Below, piece after piece: positions 20,270 to 30,285 of a DNA stretch of 64,000 bases; position 1 is the stretch's first letter; every line of letters begins with the position of its first letter. The notes beneath the pieces are model-generated. The model was given only the letters and a program-made list of their open reading frames with translations. It did no database searches and was not told the DNA's origin. The DNA comes from a virus. Taxonomy: Duplodnaviria > Caudoviricetes. A program made the position numbers and the translations under genes. The stretch lies in the IMG/VR virus record IMGVR_UViG_3300014826_000002, positions 25,182 through 89,181 of that record; one strand, written 5' to 3'.

Positions 20270-21604
20270 TTATTTATAAATTGGATATCTTTTACATAGA
20301 TTTTGTAATATTATCTTTCTTCCATTACATGTATCTTCGTCATCCCTATGTAAAATAACGTCAGCGATACTATTACCTATTAATACCATATCTTCTTCTT
20401 TCATACCTCTTGTAGTTACAGCAGGAACACCTATTCTTAATCCTAATGTTACAAAAGGACTTTGTGGATCATTTGGTACTGTATTTTTATTTACTGTAAT
20501 ACCATATTTATCGAGTAGATTAGCAGCATCTTTTCCTGTAATACCTTTATCCCTTAAATCAACAGTCATTAAATGATTTTCTGTCATTCCACCTACAATT
20601 TTAAATCCTCTATCCATAAGTGTTTGACATAATGCTTTTGCATTTTTTACAATCTGTTTAGCATATTCTTTAAATTCAGGTTGCAGAGCTTCATAGAAAC
20701 ATACTGCTTTACCTGCTATAACGTGTTCTAACGGTCCACCTTGTATTCCTGGAAATACAGCCGAATCTATTTTCTTTGCTAATTCTTGACGACATGCTAT
20801 AACACCGCCACGAGGTCCTCTTAATGATTTATGTGTAGTTGTTGTAACAATATCAGCATATCCAAATGGTGATGGATGTACACCACCTGCTACAAGTCCT
20901 GCAATATGTGCTATATCTGCTAAAAGATAACATTCTTCACCTAATTCTATTAGTCTATCTCTTATTTCAGCAAATTTCTTAAAGTCAATTATTTTAGAAT
21001 AATTACTTGCACCACAAATAATAAGTTTCGGTCTGTGTTTTTGTGCTAAATCCCAAACTTCATTAAAATCTATCTCGCCATAATGTGGAAGTCTGCTATC
21101 TTCTCTCACACCATACTGAATGACATTAAAATGCTTACCTGAATAATTAACTGGAGAACCATGGGATAAATGTCCACCATTAGATAAGTCCATACTTAAA
21201 ACAGTATCTCCATGTTTAAGTAAGGCTTCAAATACAGCCATATTAGCTTGAGCTCCTGAATGAGGTTGTACATTTACATGGTAATCAGTATTGAATAGTT
21301 CTTGGAATCTACAACAAGCTAAAAATTCTATTTTGTCTATAACATGAGCGCCATTGTAATACCTTTTACCTAATGAACCTTCTGGCATTATATTGATAAG
21401 GTCTGATTTCTTATAATAGACTAAACCTTTCGGAATTTCGTCATCTCTTATTGGTCTACCTTCCATATATTTATTTGTGAGAACAGAACCTACTGCTTCC
21501 ATAACATCTGTACTTACAATATTCTCACTTGCTATAAGTTCTATTGTATTTTGTTGTCTTTCTAATTCTTGTTGTATTAATTCCTCTATTTGTTTATCTT
21601 TCAT
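20270..21604 (-). CDS. glyA: Serine hydroxymethyltransferase
   Basis: [39 protein letters not shown] (PLP lysine), FPGIQGGP; insertion between EG and GKRYY. Confidence 0.97.
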   Translation of the reverse strand: MKDKQIEELIQQELERQQNTIELIASENIVSTDVMEAVGSVLTNKYMEGRPIRDDEIPKGLVYYKKSDLINIMPEGSLGKRYYNGAHVIDKIEFLACCRFQELFNTDYHVNVQPHSGAQANMAVFEALLKHGDTVLSMDLSNGGHLSHGSPVNYSGKHFNVIQYGVREDSRLPHYGEIDFNEVWDLAQKHRPKLIICGASNYSKIIDFKKFAEIRDRLIELGEECYLLADIAHIAGLVAGGVHPSPFGYADIVTTTTHKSLRGPRGGVIACRQELAKKIDSAVFPGIQGGPLEHVIAGKAVCFYEALQPEFKEYAKQIVKNAKALCQTLMDRGFKIVGGMTENHLMTVDLRDKGITGKDAANLLDKYGITVNKNTVPNDPQSPFVTLGLRIGVPAVTTRGMKEEDMVLIGNSIADVILHRDDEDTCNGRKIILQNLCKRYPIYK

Positions 21605-21747
21605 TTTCTGAGTCCTTCCTAATGTATTCTCCTATACACGCGTACTTTTGATAAAATTTAGCAAAGTTATTCCAAGAGAGTTTACCTAAAGGTGTGCGTA
21701 TAATTCTATCTTTCTCCAGTATCTGGGGAATGCCTGCGCGTCTGTAC

Positions 21748-22071
21748 TTATCGTTCATCCTTTTTCTCCTTGCTATTTGCAGCATCCCAAACACCCATCC
21801 GCTTCATTTGAGTTTCTGCATATTTATCAAACAAAGGAAATATTAAATTGATAAGTTCGGAATCTATAAAAGCTTCTTTACCAGTACCTAGGTCACGTAT
21901 AAAAGCTCTATCATAAAAAGCACATATACCATCATGTACTTGAAGTATATCCTGTTTAACAATTTGAAAATTCTTTAAATCTCTTAGATTTAATCTATCC
22001 ATTTTAATAATATCTCCTCTTCCCTTAGCTAACAGCCTCCGCAAAAGCAATAGCCATTCTTTTAGCTCCAT
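21748..22071 (-). CDS. Hypothetical protein
   Basis: ORF in a dense operon; the true start is likely internal. Confidence 0.55.
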   Translation of the reverse strand: MELKEWLLLLRRLLAKGRGDIIKMDRLNLRDLKNFQIVKQDILQVHDGICAFYDRAFIRDLGTGKEAFIDSELINLIFPLFDKYAETQMKRMGVWDAANSKEKKDER

Positions 22072-22627
22072 TTAAGTCTCTGGCTTCATAGCCAATAGGA
22101 AGTGAGTAGTCTTCTTCGGGATGCTGAATTCTGTATGATTCTATTAAACCAGACGTTGCTGTAATGTCTCCATCTGCTACTTTATCCCCGATAGTAAAAC
22201 CATGAATAGCTCTATGACTCCAACCATACCATTTATTCTCTTCAACAGAATAACCTATGGAACAAGTATCATTCATAGGAAGGGCTTTCTGAATTAAAAT
22301 TAGTTTCTTGGTATTAACTAGGAAATCGTAATCTTTGTCGTTACCTATGTAACCTCCGTCAACATTGGATATGTAATAAACGAATTCAATGCACTCTTTT
22401 TCCATTTCTTCTTGTGTCCAGTGTCTGTGTGCATAAGGACTTTTTGGCAACATTGATGTTATCTTAGTTATTAGTCCATTAGAAACAATATCTTCCCCGA
22501 TGACTAAGCATCCACCTTTGTCTACATAGAGTACTGAATCAGGTAACTTTTGTGCTTCAAAACTTTCGTGACCGTCGTCATCTTTTACTTCTACTAAACA
22601 AGTTCTTTCTTTTAATTCTTTATTCAT
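22025..22627 (-). CDS. Hypothetical phage protein
   Basis: 200-aa ORF with SIGYSVEENKWYGWSHRAIHGF. Confidence 0.7.
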   Translation of the reverse strand: MNKELKERTCLVEVKDDDGHESFEAQKLPDSVLYVDKGGCLVIGEDIVSNGLITKITSMLPKSPYAHRHWTQEEMEKECIEFVYYISNVDGGYIGNDKDYDFLVNTKKLILIQKALPMNDTCSIGYSVEENKWYGWSHRAIHGFTIGDKVADGDITATSGLIESYRIQHPEEDYSLPIGYEARDLNGAKRMAIAFAEAVS

Positions 22628-22630
22628 TGA

Positions 22631-23137
22631 TTATTCTCCTATAATTTCCAATATTCTACTTAAAGCTTCGTTAGCGGGAAGTATCGTAAAAGGAACATGC
22701 AACCTATCTAAAGTAACTAATATTAAATCCCCTACACGAGCAGCTTGCTCTTCTGTTTGGTGCCTTCCGCTAGCTTGATACTTGTGCGTTCTCTCTAAGA
22801 AAAAATTAAGGTTATCATACTGATTGAAGTAGTCTAGTGCCATCCTATCGAATATCCTAGGTTCTTTCTCGTTGTAAGCTACACATTGAACGGATGGGCT
22901 ATCCGTTACAATGTAATCAACCTTTCCATTTAATTGATTAAGCTTCTTATTCTGCTGAGCGTAAGTAAATAATTGGTCATGAAAAGGGTAAGGGCTACCT
23001 TCATACAATTTCTCTTTTATATATTCATGAGCCAGCTCGCACGTGCGTCCTTTCATCTTTAAATGATACATTAATCCAAAAGCTAGAGTACTCTTACCTG
23101 AACCCGGAGCTCCAAATAAATTAATAACTTTAGTCAA
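22631..23137 (-). CDS. NadR/AAA_28-like P-loop kinase
   Basis: GAPGSGKST, IVTDSP. Confidence 0.8.
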   Translation of the reverse strand: MTKVINLFGAPGSGKSTLAFGLMYHLKMKGRTCELAHEYIKEKLYEGSPYPFHDQLFTYAQQNKKLNQLNGKVDYIVTDSPSVQCVAYNEKEPRIFDRMALDYFNQYDNLNFFLERTHKYQASGRHQTEEQAARVGDLILVTLDRLHVPFTILPANEALSRILEIIGE

Positions 23138-23502
23138 CCTTTAAATCTCCTTATTTATTTTGCATAAGCCCTACATAGTAGACATATAAGTATTAATGGA
23201 CTTATTAAGAGTAAAAACCATATACCTACAAACCAAAAAGACATCCACGCTGTTGTTCTACAGAGGTCTCTTAAATCTTCTTCCACTTTCCATTTCCTTT
23301 CTTTCTCTGTATATTCTCCCCGAATTACTTTACCTATCCTAGGGTACCTCTCACTGATATTTTTCATGCTACCATTTACCACCAGAAAATAACATCCCTT
23401 CTAGTTTATTTATGTACTGATTCTTACTTATTATTTCGTTTAACAAATTATTTACTTTAGTTTTTAATAAAGAATTTTCCTTCCTTAATTTCTCTATCTC
23501 TT

Positions 23503-23766
23503 TCATTTAATTCTCCGAATATTTCTAACTTTATGATTACTTGGCCAATCATACTCATTACGTTCCCACAACTTTAATGTTTGTAAAAGGATAGGATTGT
23601 AGTATGTATCAGGGTATTTGCAAGAGAACCTCTTTCCACATTTACGACAAATGAATAAATGAACAGGAGTCTCATGTATTATCCCGTCCGCGTCTGTCCA
23701 TGTACACGGAAGTATTTTTACTTCCTCAAAATCGTGTTGACAGAAAAATCTCTTCCAATTAAACAC
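23503..23766 (-). CDS. Hypothetical protein
   Basis: FCQH...CRKCG zinc-like motif. Confidence 0.6.
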   Translation of the reverse strand: MFNWKRFFCQHDFEEVKILPCTWTDADGIIHETPVHLFICRKCGKRFSCKYPDTYYNPILLQTLKLWERNEYDWPSNHKVRNIRRIK

Positions 23767-24025
23767 TTTCTACCTCCCAGTACTCTGTAAATTCAAGCAT
23801 AGGAACTAAGCAAAGTCCTGTTGAGTTCTTAACAATCCAGTCACCTGCGAGCAATTCTCCATTATCTTCTATTTTAATATCTGAATATGAGCTTCCATTA
23901 AATTCTGTGCTACTTTTCAATTTTAAAAAATTCAATGTTGGAAACGCATTAATTAACTCATCTAGATTCTCTCCATTGTACTGTAATGCTTCTCCACAAA
24001 GACTCCTTGTTTTACACTTTATCAT
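23759..24025 (-). CDS. Hypothetical phage protein
   Basis: EALQYNGENLDE...GDWIVK pattern common in small phage proteins. Confidence 0.65.
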   Translation of the reverse strand: MIKCKTRSLCGEALQYNGENLDELINAFPTLNFLKLKSSTEFNGSSYSDIKIEDNGELLAGDWIVKNSTGLCLVPMLEFTEYWEVESV

Positions 24026-24046
24026 TGCTCTCTCCTTTTAAGTATT

Positions 24047-24106
24047 ATTATATAATAAATGTTACACATTGTCAAATTTGACAAAGTTTGAAGATAAGTG
24101 TAATAT
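24047..24106. promoter_or_regulatory. Back-to-back divergent sigma70-type promoters sharing a 16-bp palindrome
   Basis: ttgtcaaa|tttgacaa (24069-24084) gives TTGACA on both strands. Minus: TTGACA-N17-TATAAT. Plus: TTGACA-N17-TAATAT. Confidence 0.8.
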
Positions 24107-24130
24107 TATATATATTAAAGGAGAATTTAT

Positions 24131-24391
24131 ATGGAAAAAAGAGAAGACATTGAACCTTATGAAACAATTTGCAACAATCATAACGAGGTTATGCATTTGC
24201 TAAAAGAATTTAAAAGAACTGGAGACATGTGGAATATAGATCAAGCTTTGAAACTTGTAAGATATTGCAAGAAACAAGGTCAGTCCATGGAAAACCATAT
24301 GCGTAAAACACGCTCTACGATTGAATCTCTGGGCTATAAAAGAGTCTACAAACCTAAAAAAGGACATGAATTAAAATATTGGCAGAAATAG
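24131..24391 (+). CDS. Hypothetical protein
   Basis: Own promoter and AAGGAG RBS. Confidence 0.7.
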   Translation: MEKREDIEPYETICNNHNEVMHLLKEFKRTGDMWNIDQALKLVRYCKKQGQSMENHMRKTRSTIESLGYKRVYKPKKGHELKYWQK

Positions 24392-24394
24392 TTT

Positions 24395-25186
24395 TTAAAT
24401 ATTATTAATTCTTTCTTCTGCTATTTTAAACATTTCGGGGTCGAGCTCACACCCTACAAACTTACATCCCATTCTTTGAGCAACAATTCCCGTGGTACCA
24501 CTTCCCATAAATGGGTCCATAACTATCTTACCAGAACCTACAAAATCCTTTATTATTCTTTCTATGAGTTCTTCGGGGAACCCTGCTTTAATATATTTGT
24601 TTCTTTTTCTTTTAATATGCCATATGTTATCTTCTTTTCCTCTTTCAAAATAGTGCTGAGCAAAAGTTCTTTTTAGAGGTTCACTATTAGAAAGGATAAT
24701 CAGAAATTCCCATGTTGAATTTAAAACTCCTTCGTTCATAGCTGGTTGAGAAACCATCTTATCCCATATAATTATATCTTTTATTTTTTCTGCGAATTTA
24801 CCCATCATATGAAGCAACGGAATCTTATTTCCAGTCACCATTTGAATATTATAAAATACATAATCAGAGACTTGTAGGGACTTCTCTAAAAATTTTGTTT
24901 GAAATTCCTCATATTTATCTATAGGCATATCATCTTTGTAGTTTGAATATTTGTTTGTAATGTGCCCTTTATTAGTTTCTCCACTTCCCGCCCATCGAGA
25001 AACAAACTTACCATTTTGAATACGCATGCACATATTATAGGGTGGAGAGGTTATTATAGCTCCTACTTTTCTTCCTTTTTCTATAAATTTATCTAGAACA
25101 ACCAAGCAGTCTTGATTGTATAATTTTACATTTGAATTTTGTATCATGCTTTTCTGATAGCCTTTCTCTTCTCTTTTTCTTTCCAC
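24395..25186 (-). CDS. Orphan amino-DNA methyltransferase (beta class, N4-C or N6-A)
   Basis: TSPPY motif IV precedes DPFMGSGTTG motif I. Confidence 0.92.
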   Translation of the reverse strand: MERKREEKGYQKSMIQNSNVKLYNQDCLVVLDKFIEKGRKVGAIITSPPYNMCMRIQNGKFVSRWAGSGETNKGHITNKYSNYKDDMPIDKYEEFQTKFLEKSLQVSDYVFYNIQMVTGNKIPLLHMMGKFAEKIKDIIIWDKMVSQPAMNEGVLNSTWEFLIILSNSEPLKRTFAQHYFERGKEDNIWHIKRKRNKYIKAGFPEELIERIIKDFVGSGKIVMDPFMGSGTTGIVAQRMGCKFVGCELDPEMFKIAEERINNI

Positions 25187-25881
25187 AACATATCTTTTCT
25201 TATTTTCTTAAGAATTTCATTATCAAAACTTCCCGTACCTTTAAGATTTATAGTATCTGCATGGAGTATCTCTTCCTCAAGTTCTTTCTTCGAAGATAAT
25301 AGAATAGGTTTATAAACGTCTAATGTATCCTCTACTATTACATAATGAATGTAAAAACTTCTACCTTCATTTTCAAACTTACTAAAAGACCTCGCTATTC
25401 TGCCTATTGTCTGGTTAAATTTTCCAACTCCCGGTGGAATATCATAAAGAAAAATTTCATTCGTTGCTTGAAGGTTAAGGCTCTCTCCTGCGGCATTTGA
25501 TATAAGAACAACTTTACTCTTCGGGTCTCCACGAAACTCTTTTGCTATTTCACCACGTTTCTTGTCTCTAGTACTTCCTTGAATTACAAGAACTTCAATC
25601 CCTTTATCTTTAAAATCTTGCTCTACTTGAGCGATAACATCTAAAAACTGAATGTAAATGATTACACCTTTATCCAACAATGATTCATTGCTATCAGAAC
25701 TCTTACCATGAAGAACTAAATCCAGCAATAAATTTCTTTTCTCCCCAGACATGTCAACATATCTCTGCATTTCAGCTAATCTTGCAGAGTGTTGCTTTGT
25801 CTCTTGAGCCTTCTCTTCATATGTCTTCTTATTCTTATCTACAGCAGCACAGCCCCGTAAGAAAAATGACTTTGTTCCCAT
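25144..25881 (-). CDS. SNF2-type helicase C-terminal (RecA2) domain as a separate gene
   Basis: VIIYIQF, LISNAAGESLNLQ, NQTIGRIAR (motifs IV-VI); no Walker A or B. Confidence 0.88.
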   Translation of the reverse strand: MGTKSFFLRGCAAVDKNKKTYEEKAQETKQHSARLAEMQRYVDMSGEKRNLLLDLVLHGKSSDSNESLLDKGVIIYIQFLDVIAQVEQDFKDKGIEVLVIQGSTRDKKRGEIAKEFRGDPKSKVVLISNAAGESLNLQATNEIFLYDIPPGVGKFNQTIGRIARSFSKFENEGRSFYIHYVIVEDTLDVYKPILLSSKKELEEEILHADTINLKGTGSFDNEILKKIRKDMLWKEKEKRKAIRKA

Positions 25882-25902
25882 AGTTTCTCTCTTCTATATA
25901 AA

Positions 25903-25931
25903 ATTATACCATAAAGAAAAAGACATGTCAA
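25903..25931 (-). promoter_or_regulatory. Sigma70-type promoter for the helicase C-half
   Basis: TTGACA-N17-TATAAT upstream of ATG 25881. Confidence 0.8.
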
Positions 25932-25934
25932 AAG

Positions 25935-26276
25935 TTACTTATAGTACCACAACTCTCTTTCTTTAGCATTCAATGTTACAAATATTCGACGTGCGTCATC
26001 ATCTAGGTTATCTTTAAACCATTGAGGTGGTTCTGGGAGGTATTCAGTACAAAAGTGTCCGTCTTTATATGTGGGACGTGCAAAAGGATTCTTCATAGCT
26101 TTAAATATCTTTCTTATAGTAGGTATTGGATCCTTTGTATGGTACCAGCAATTCACGTTAGCACTACAACAAGTGTCAAAGCAATCTAAATCAGCGCCGA
26201 GATGACAAATGTCATAAAACTCCCATAAACCGTTAAAATCCGCACCACCGTGTTCTTCCCAGAAAGGACAAGTCAT
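25935..26276 (-). CDS. Cys-rich hypothetical protein
   Basis: 113-aa ORF coupled to the upstream gene. Confidence 0.6.
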   Translation of the reverse strand: MTCPFWEEHGGADFNGLWEFYDICHLGADLDCFDTCCSANVNCWYHTKDPIPTIRKIFKAMKNPFARPTYKDGHFCTEYLPEPPQWFKDNLDDDARRIFVTLNAKERELWYYK

Positions 26277-26644
26277 ACTTCATACTCCTTAACAGGAATT
26301 CCAAAGTTCTCTTCAATCCAATCAGCTAATACATGCCTATGACAAAAGTCACACGGCTTTTCATAGCATAATAACACACAGTCCTTTTCTGTTGACTTAT
26401 AAGCGTCAAAGTCTTTAGCTATCTCCTTCTTATCTAAAGTATTAAGATAAGCCTTATATTCTATCGTGTAACCTTCGTTCGTAATATCTTTATCTTTCCA
26501 CCTTTGATACGTCCAATAACGTGGAGCAAAATCGGAATAATATAAACCTTCATAAAAGTCAGGTCTTTTCCCAGAAATTGCTATAGGTTCTATTCCAAGC
26601 TCTTTATAAACTTTAAACTTTGCATAATAGCCAGTATAAATCAT
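26273..26644 (-). CDS. DUF488-family protein
   Basis: IYTGYY...AIS...LLCYEKPCDFCHRHVLADW. Confidence 0.8.
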   Translation of the reverse strand: MIYTGYYAKFKVYKELGIEPIAISGKRPDFYEGLYYSDFAPRYWTYQRWKDKDITNEGYTIEYKAYLNTLDKKEIAKDFDAYKSTEKDCVLLCYEKPCDFCHRHVLADWIEENFGIPVKEYEV

Positions 26645-26666
26645 CTTTCCCTTCCAATAATTCTTT

Positions 26667-27608
26667 CTACAATACTATCTCAGCAGATGCCAAGAGTTGT
26701 GGAAAATAACTATGATATCCGTAAATATATAATCCTCTAATTAAATTGGTATTATCATCTGATTGAGTTAATACCTCTAAGGTTGATAAGTCTCCTATAA
26801 AGCTCAAAGCTGGATTAATTCCAGCATAAACCTCGTGGCTTAACCCATGCGCTAATTCTTCAAGTTCCTTTATAACTATAACATCAAAAGAAGCAATTCT
26901 CCCAATGGCTCCTTTTCGAAAATAAATGTCTCTAATTATAGCTGCAGGTACAAATTCATTTAAGTCTTTTAATGCTTGAGCTACCCATTCATCTACCAGC
27001 AAAAAAGGTGCCTGTAGCTGCTCGTCTGGATTTAAACCTAAATTATCTATAGCATAAAATATGTCAGACCTTAATTCTCTTAACCTCCAGTATAAGTCCA
27101 AAGAACCTTGAGTGGCAGAGGTGTAAGAAACTTTAGTTTCACTATCCATTCTTAACTTTTTCAGATACTGGACTATCTTACTATTTATTTCACTCTCTAG
27201 ATTCTGTACTGAAGATTTAATTAATTCATTTTTATTATATCTTCCATTATCGGAAAATGCAAAAAATTTCTTACAATAGAATCCCATAAGGGGAGAATTT
27301 ACGGGAGATTCTTTTAGCGGTTGAGCAGGTGTAACCACGTCATCATAATAAAACTTATCTTTAGTCCTAGAAAATCCTTGAGTCATGCAATGCAAAATGG
27401 GAATTCTTTGAATTTCATTTAAAATTAAACTTTCGTAAAGGGCTTGATTATTTTCGTTCGTGTTAACATTCTTGCATGATTGGCTCTCTATTTTAGAGCT
27501 GGATATCAATGCTCTTAATTCTTGCATCAAGTTATCTGTTTCAACTTTACTACGTGTAATATTATCTAATATATCTACTATCTTTTCGTTAATTTCTTGC
27601 TGGCTCAT
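26667..27608 (-). CDS. P22-coat-like (HK97-fold) capsid protein homologue with N-terminal helical extension
   Basis: KKFFAFS, SVQNLESEINSKIV, FLLVD, KGAIGRIASFDV, AGINPALSF, IRGLYIYGY...LLASAEI parallel the P22 gp5-like capsid pattern. Confidence 0.6.
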   Translation of the reverse strand: MSQQEINEKIVDILDNITRSKVETDNLMQELRALISSSKIESQSCKNVNTNENNQALYESLILNEIQRIPILHCMTQGFSRTKDKFYYDDVVTPAQPLKESPVNSPLMGFYCKKFFAFSDNGRYNKNELIKSSVQNLESEINSKIVQYLKKLRMDSETKVSYTSATQGSLDLYWRLRELRSDIFYAIDNLGLNPDEQLQAPFLLVDEWVAQALKDLNEFVPAAIIRDIYFRKGAIGRIASFDVIVIKELEELAHGLSHEVYAGINPALSFIGDLSTLEVLTQSDDNTNLIRGLYIYGYHSYFPQLLASAEIVL

Positions 27609-27658
27609 GTGTCTCTCCTTTTCATAATATTATAACATACACGCTGCCTTAAGTCAAA

Positions 27659-28036
27659 CTAGCTAAAGTCATTCAGCGTAAACATGAACCCGTCGTTAGT
27701 CCACTCCATTATTCCGTGACATATAGGTTCTATCTTACATAATGGTTGCTGCCCGTTTTCTGGCTCCTTAGATTCCTTAACAATTCTTAAAAATTCTTCA
27801 TACGGAATATACTCACCATACTCATCATATATGTAACCTTCCTTAAGAAACTCGCGGTACTCACAATAAGTTCCTAGAGACATAAAATGAGCCGGGTCTC
27901 CCCATAATGAAACACTTTGGTAGGCTTGAAAGTTAAAAACCCATCCTGCAGAGTTCTTCCCTATATGTAAGCCTTCTTCTGGAAGTACGTCCCTTGTCTC
28001 TATTTTATCTCTAAACCAGTAATAATTAGTACCCAT
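27659..28036 (-). CDS. Hypothetical phage protein
   Basis: MGTNYY...LHIGKNSAGWVFNFQ...IYDEYG pattern. Confidence 0.75.
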   Translation of the reverse strand: MGTNYYWFRDKIETRDVLPEEGLHIGKNSAGWVFNFQAYQSVSLWGDPAHFMSLGTYCEYREFLKEGYIYDEYGEYIPYEEFLRIVKESKEPENGQQPLCKIEPICHGIMEWTNDGFMFTLNDFS

Positions 28037-28038
28037 GT

Positions 28039-28512
28039 TTAATCCTCCTTGAACTTCCCTTGTAAGTAATAAAGCGAATCTAGGTATTTCTTATCATAAG
28101 GAATATATGGACTTATATCTATATCTCTTTTATGAAGTTCATATATAAAAGAACTTGAAATATCTGTAGAAGCTCTAAAATAGACTACCTTAATATCGGG
28201 TTTCAGCATCCTGTACTGTTTAATCAACGCTTCTTCATACAGGTAATCCGTGGTATTTCTCAGACCTCTTATAAGGTAGTCGCATTTATAATAATTCATT
28301 ATATCTGTAGTTAACGAGCTTGAATAAACGATATGATGATTTGTAATAGTTTCTATAGCATTACTACAACAAAACATATCAAACCTTCTCTTCTTAGAAG
28401 GATTCTCCGCAATGACTATTACTATGTCGTCAAATAGCTCTTCCGCTTGCTTTAAAACATCGTAGTGCCCATTAGTAAACGGGTCAAATGACCCTATGTA
28501 AAGTGCCCTCAT
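28039..28512 (-). CDS. coaD: Phosphopantetheine adenylyltransferase
   Basis: GSFDPFTNGH, IRGLRNTTDYLYE, ISSS. Confidence 0.9.
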   Translation of the reverse strand: MRALYIGSFDPFTNGHYDVLKQAEELFDDIVIVIAENPSKKRRFDMFCCSNAIETITNHHIVYSSSLTTDIMNYYKCDYLIRGLRNTTDYLYEEALIKQYRMLKPDIKVVYFRASTDISSSFIYELHKRDIDISPYIPYDKKYLDSLYYLQGKFKED

Positions 28513-28513
28513 T

Positions 28514-28720
28514 CTAACCTCCTACCAGTATTCCGCCCAGTACTATCAGTAAAGGTAATATGAAGATACCTCCATAAAACCAATACCCTAGATTCTCCCA
28601 GAATGAAGCTTTCTTAGGATTATCCCAGAAATATCCAAGCTCCTTATCCTGACAGTATCGAAAACCTACTGAGCATAAAAGCATTACAACAACTATAGCT
28701 ACTAATATTAACTCTTCCAT
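28514..28720 (-). CDS. Small membrane protein
   Basis: Two hydrophobic segments in 68 aa. Confidence 0.6.
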   Translation of the reverse strand: MEELILVAIVVVMLLCSVGFRYCQDKELGYFWDNPKKASFWENLGYWFYGGIFILPLLIVLGGILVGG

Positions 28721-28730
28721 TAAATATCTC

Positions 28731-29765
28731 CTATGCTAAAAATCTATCAAGGTCATACCAGTCTCTTGCTTTCTCTTGTTTTGTTCTTACGTATTGGCTA
28801 CGCGCACTTATAGCATGACTACTTAATATTTCTTTACATTTATGGGCTGTGCATCCTACGTACGGATGAAGGTACTCTACAGGAACACCACATCCAACCC
28901 CATACTTGAGAATGTCACTAACTTGCTGTTCGGAAAGGACTTCTTTCTTATAATAATTAAATACTATGTTCCTAACAGTCCTTTCTGTTGTTCCTATATC
29001 ATTAGAAATATCTTTAATCTTATCACCTCTAATCAAAGAATGTATAATATGGTTCTTCTGGGCTGTCGTTAAATGTCTATAAATACCATCCTCTAAGTAC
29101 TTGTGACCACAATTTAAACATATATAGTATTGCTTCTTTCCGCTAGACATTCCAGCTTTCTTAGCACCTACGTGTTTACATACAGGGCACTCTTTCTCTT
29201 GTATTTTGAAAGCATGTTGCGACGGATTCTCAACAAATTTATAACCGCAAGAAGTGCACTTGTACCTTTGCTTACCTGATTTCGTATCATGTCCGCTAAG
29301 ATTAATATGATTTCTACCACACTTAGGACATTTTTCAGGTCTTCGGATATCTCTCACAACTGTACTCTGGCTAAAATTCTTGTGACAGTCATTACACAAA
29401 TACCTCTTAGCGCCTGACTTTAGCCTTCCGCCTTTCCTAACATTTTCAGAGCCGCAGTGAGGACACGGCATGTCAATAACTCTTACTTTAAGGTTAGATA
29501 AATCTCCTGAAAATGTCTTCTTACAATTAGCACATTTATATCTACGAGCGTGTCCATTATTAGACCAACCCTTATAACGGAGTTCACCTCCACAATAAGG
29601 GCACTTCTCCTTAATAGGAGGCTGTGGCATAGTGTTCTCATTAAATCTCTTATGACACTCGCGACAGATGTATATTTGAGCTCCTAATTTAGTCTTCCCA
29701 GACTTATTAGTTCGTCCTCCACAATGAATACATTTGACTTCATTCATTATAAGTACCTCAAGCAC
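28731..29765 (-). CDS. Protein with five tandem IS1-InsA-like zinc ribbons and a C-terminal HTH
   Basis: Five CxxC...K.G...G..rY.CxxC..F units; HTH IKDISNDIGTTERTVRNI; no DDE domain recognised. Confidence 0.8.
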   Translation of the reverse strand: MLEVLIMNEVKCIHCGGRTNKSGKTKLGAQIYICRECHKRFNENTMPQPPIKEKCPYCGGELRYKGWSNNGHARRYKCANCKKTFSGDLSNLKVRVIDMPCPHCGSENVRKGGRLKSGAKRYLCNDCHKNFSQSTVVRDIRRPEKCPKCGRNHINLSGHDTKSGKQRYKCTSCGYKFVENPSQHAFKIQEKECPVCKHVGAKKAGMSSGKKQYYICLNCGHKYLEDGIYRHLTTAQKNHIIHSLIRGDKIKDISNDIGTTERTVRNIVFNYYKKEVLSEQQVSDILKYGVGCGVPVEYLHPYVGCTAHKCKEILSSHAISARSQYVRTKQEKARDWYDLDRFLA

Positions 29766-30160
29766 AAGTAATTAATAATTAAATGCAAAATATTATCTTG
29801 AATAATTATTAACCATATTCTTATAAATAAGGGTCTACCGTTGTAACCATCGTTCAAAGTTATTGTTTCTATCTTTGGCAGATGTCCCCTATCTATCTCC
29901 ACTTCATAGCCAACGGTTTCAGACTTAAAACTCCAATTCTTTAATTGGTTTAATCTACCTACTATATTTGTATGATCAATTACAATGTGTGTTATTCCTA
30001 TAGTAAGCAATGCAATCAAAGAACGGGTCAAAAGTAAAAACGGCAAAGTATAGATTATACCATGTACAATAGCTGGAAACCATCTTTTCTTTTTATTTAA
30101 TGCCATCCAATCATTCTGAAGCCAGTAGTCAGCGAATAGGTGTATTAACAATTGTTCCAT
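29747..30160 (-). CDS. DUF3307-like membrane protein
   Basis: HLFADYWLQ, HGIIY, THIVID, IIQDNILHL. Confidence 0.8.
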   Translation of the reverse strand: MEQLLIHLFADYWLQNDWMALNKKKRWFPAIVHGIIYTLPFLLLTRSLIALLTIGITHIVIDHTNIVGRLNQLKNWSFKSETVGYEVEIDRGHLPKIETITLNDGYNGRPLFIRIWLIIIQDNILHLIINYLCLRYL

Positions 30161-30285
30161 TAATTACTTCCTTTCATACCGTGCACACTTTGATTAATTC
30201 TTTACAATTATATCATATCAAAAATTAAACTATAATGCAAGGTTTTCTTAGTGTCAATCTTTTCATAGTTTAGAATTCTGTACAC

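Noticed and set aside
21370-21465. Mini-intein in glyA
   Set aside because: The insert is only about 27 aa and lacks an N-terminal Cys/Ser and a C-terminal His-Asn.
28731-29765. Intact IS1 or IS1595 element
   Set aside because: No DDE catalytic domain, terminal inverted repeats or target-site duplication seen.
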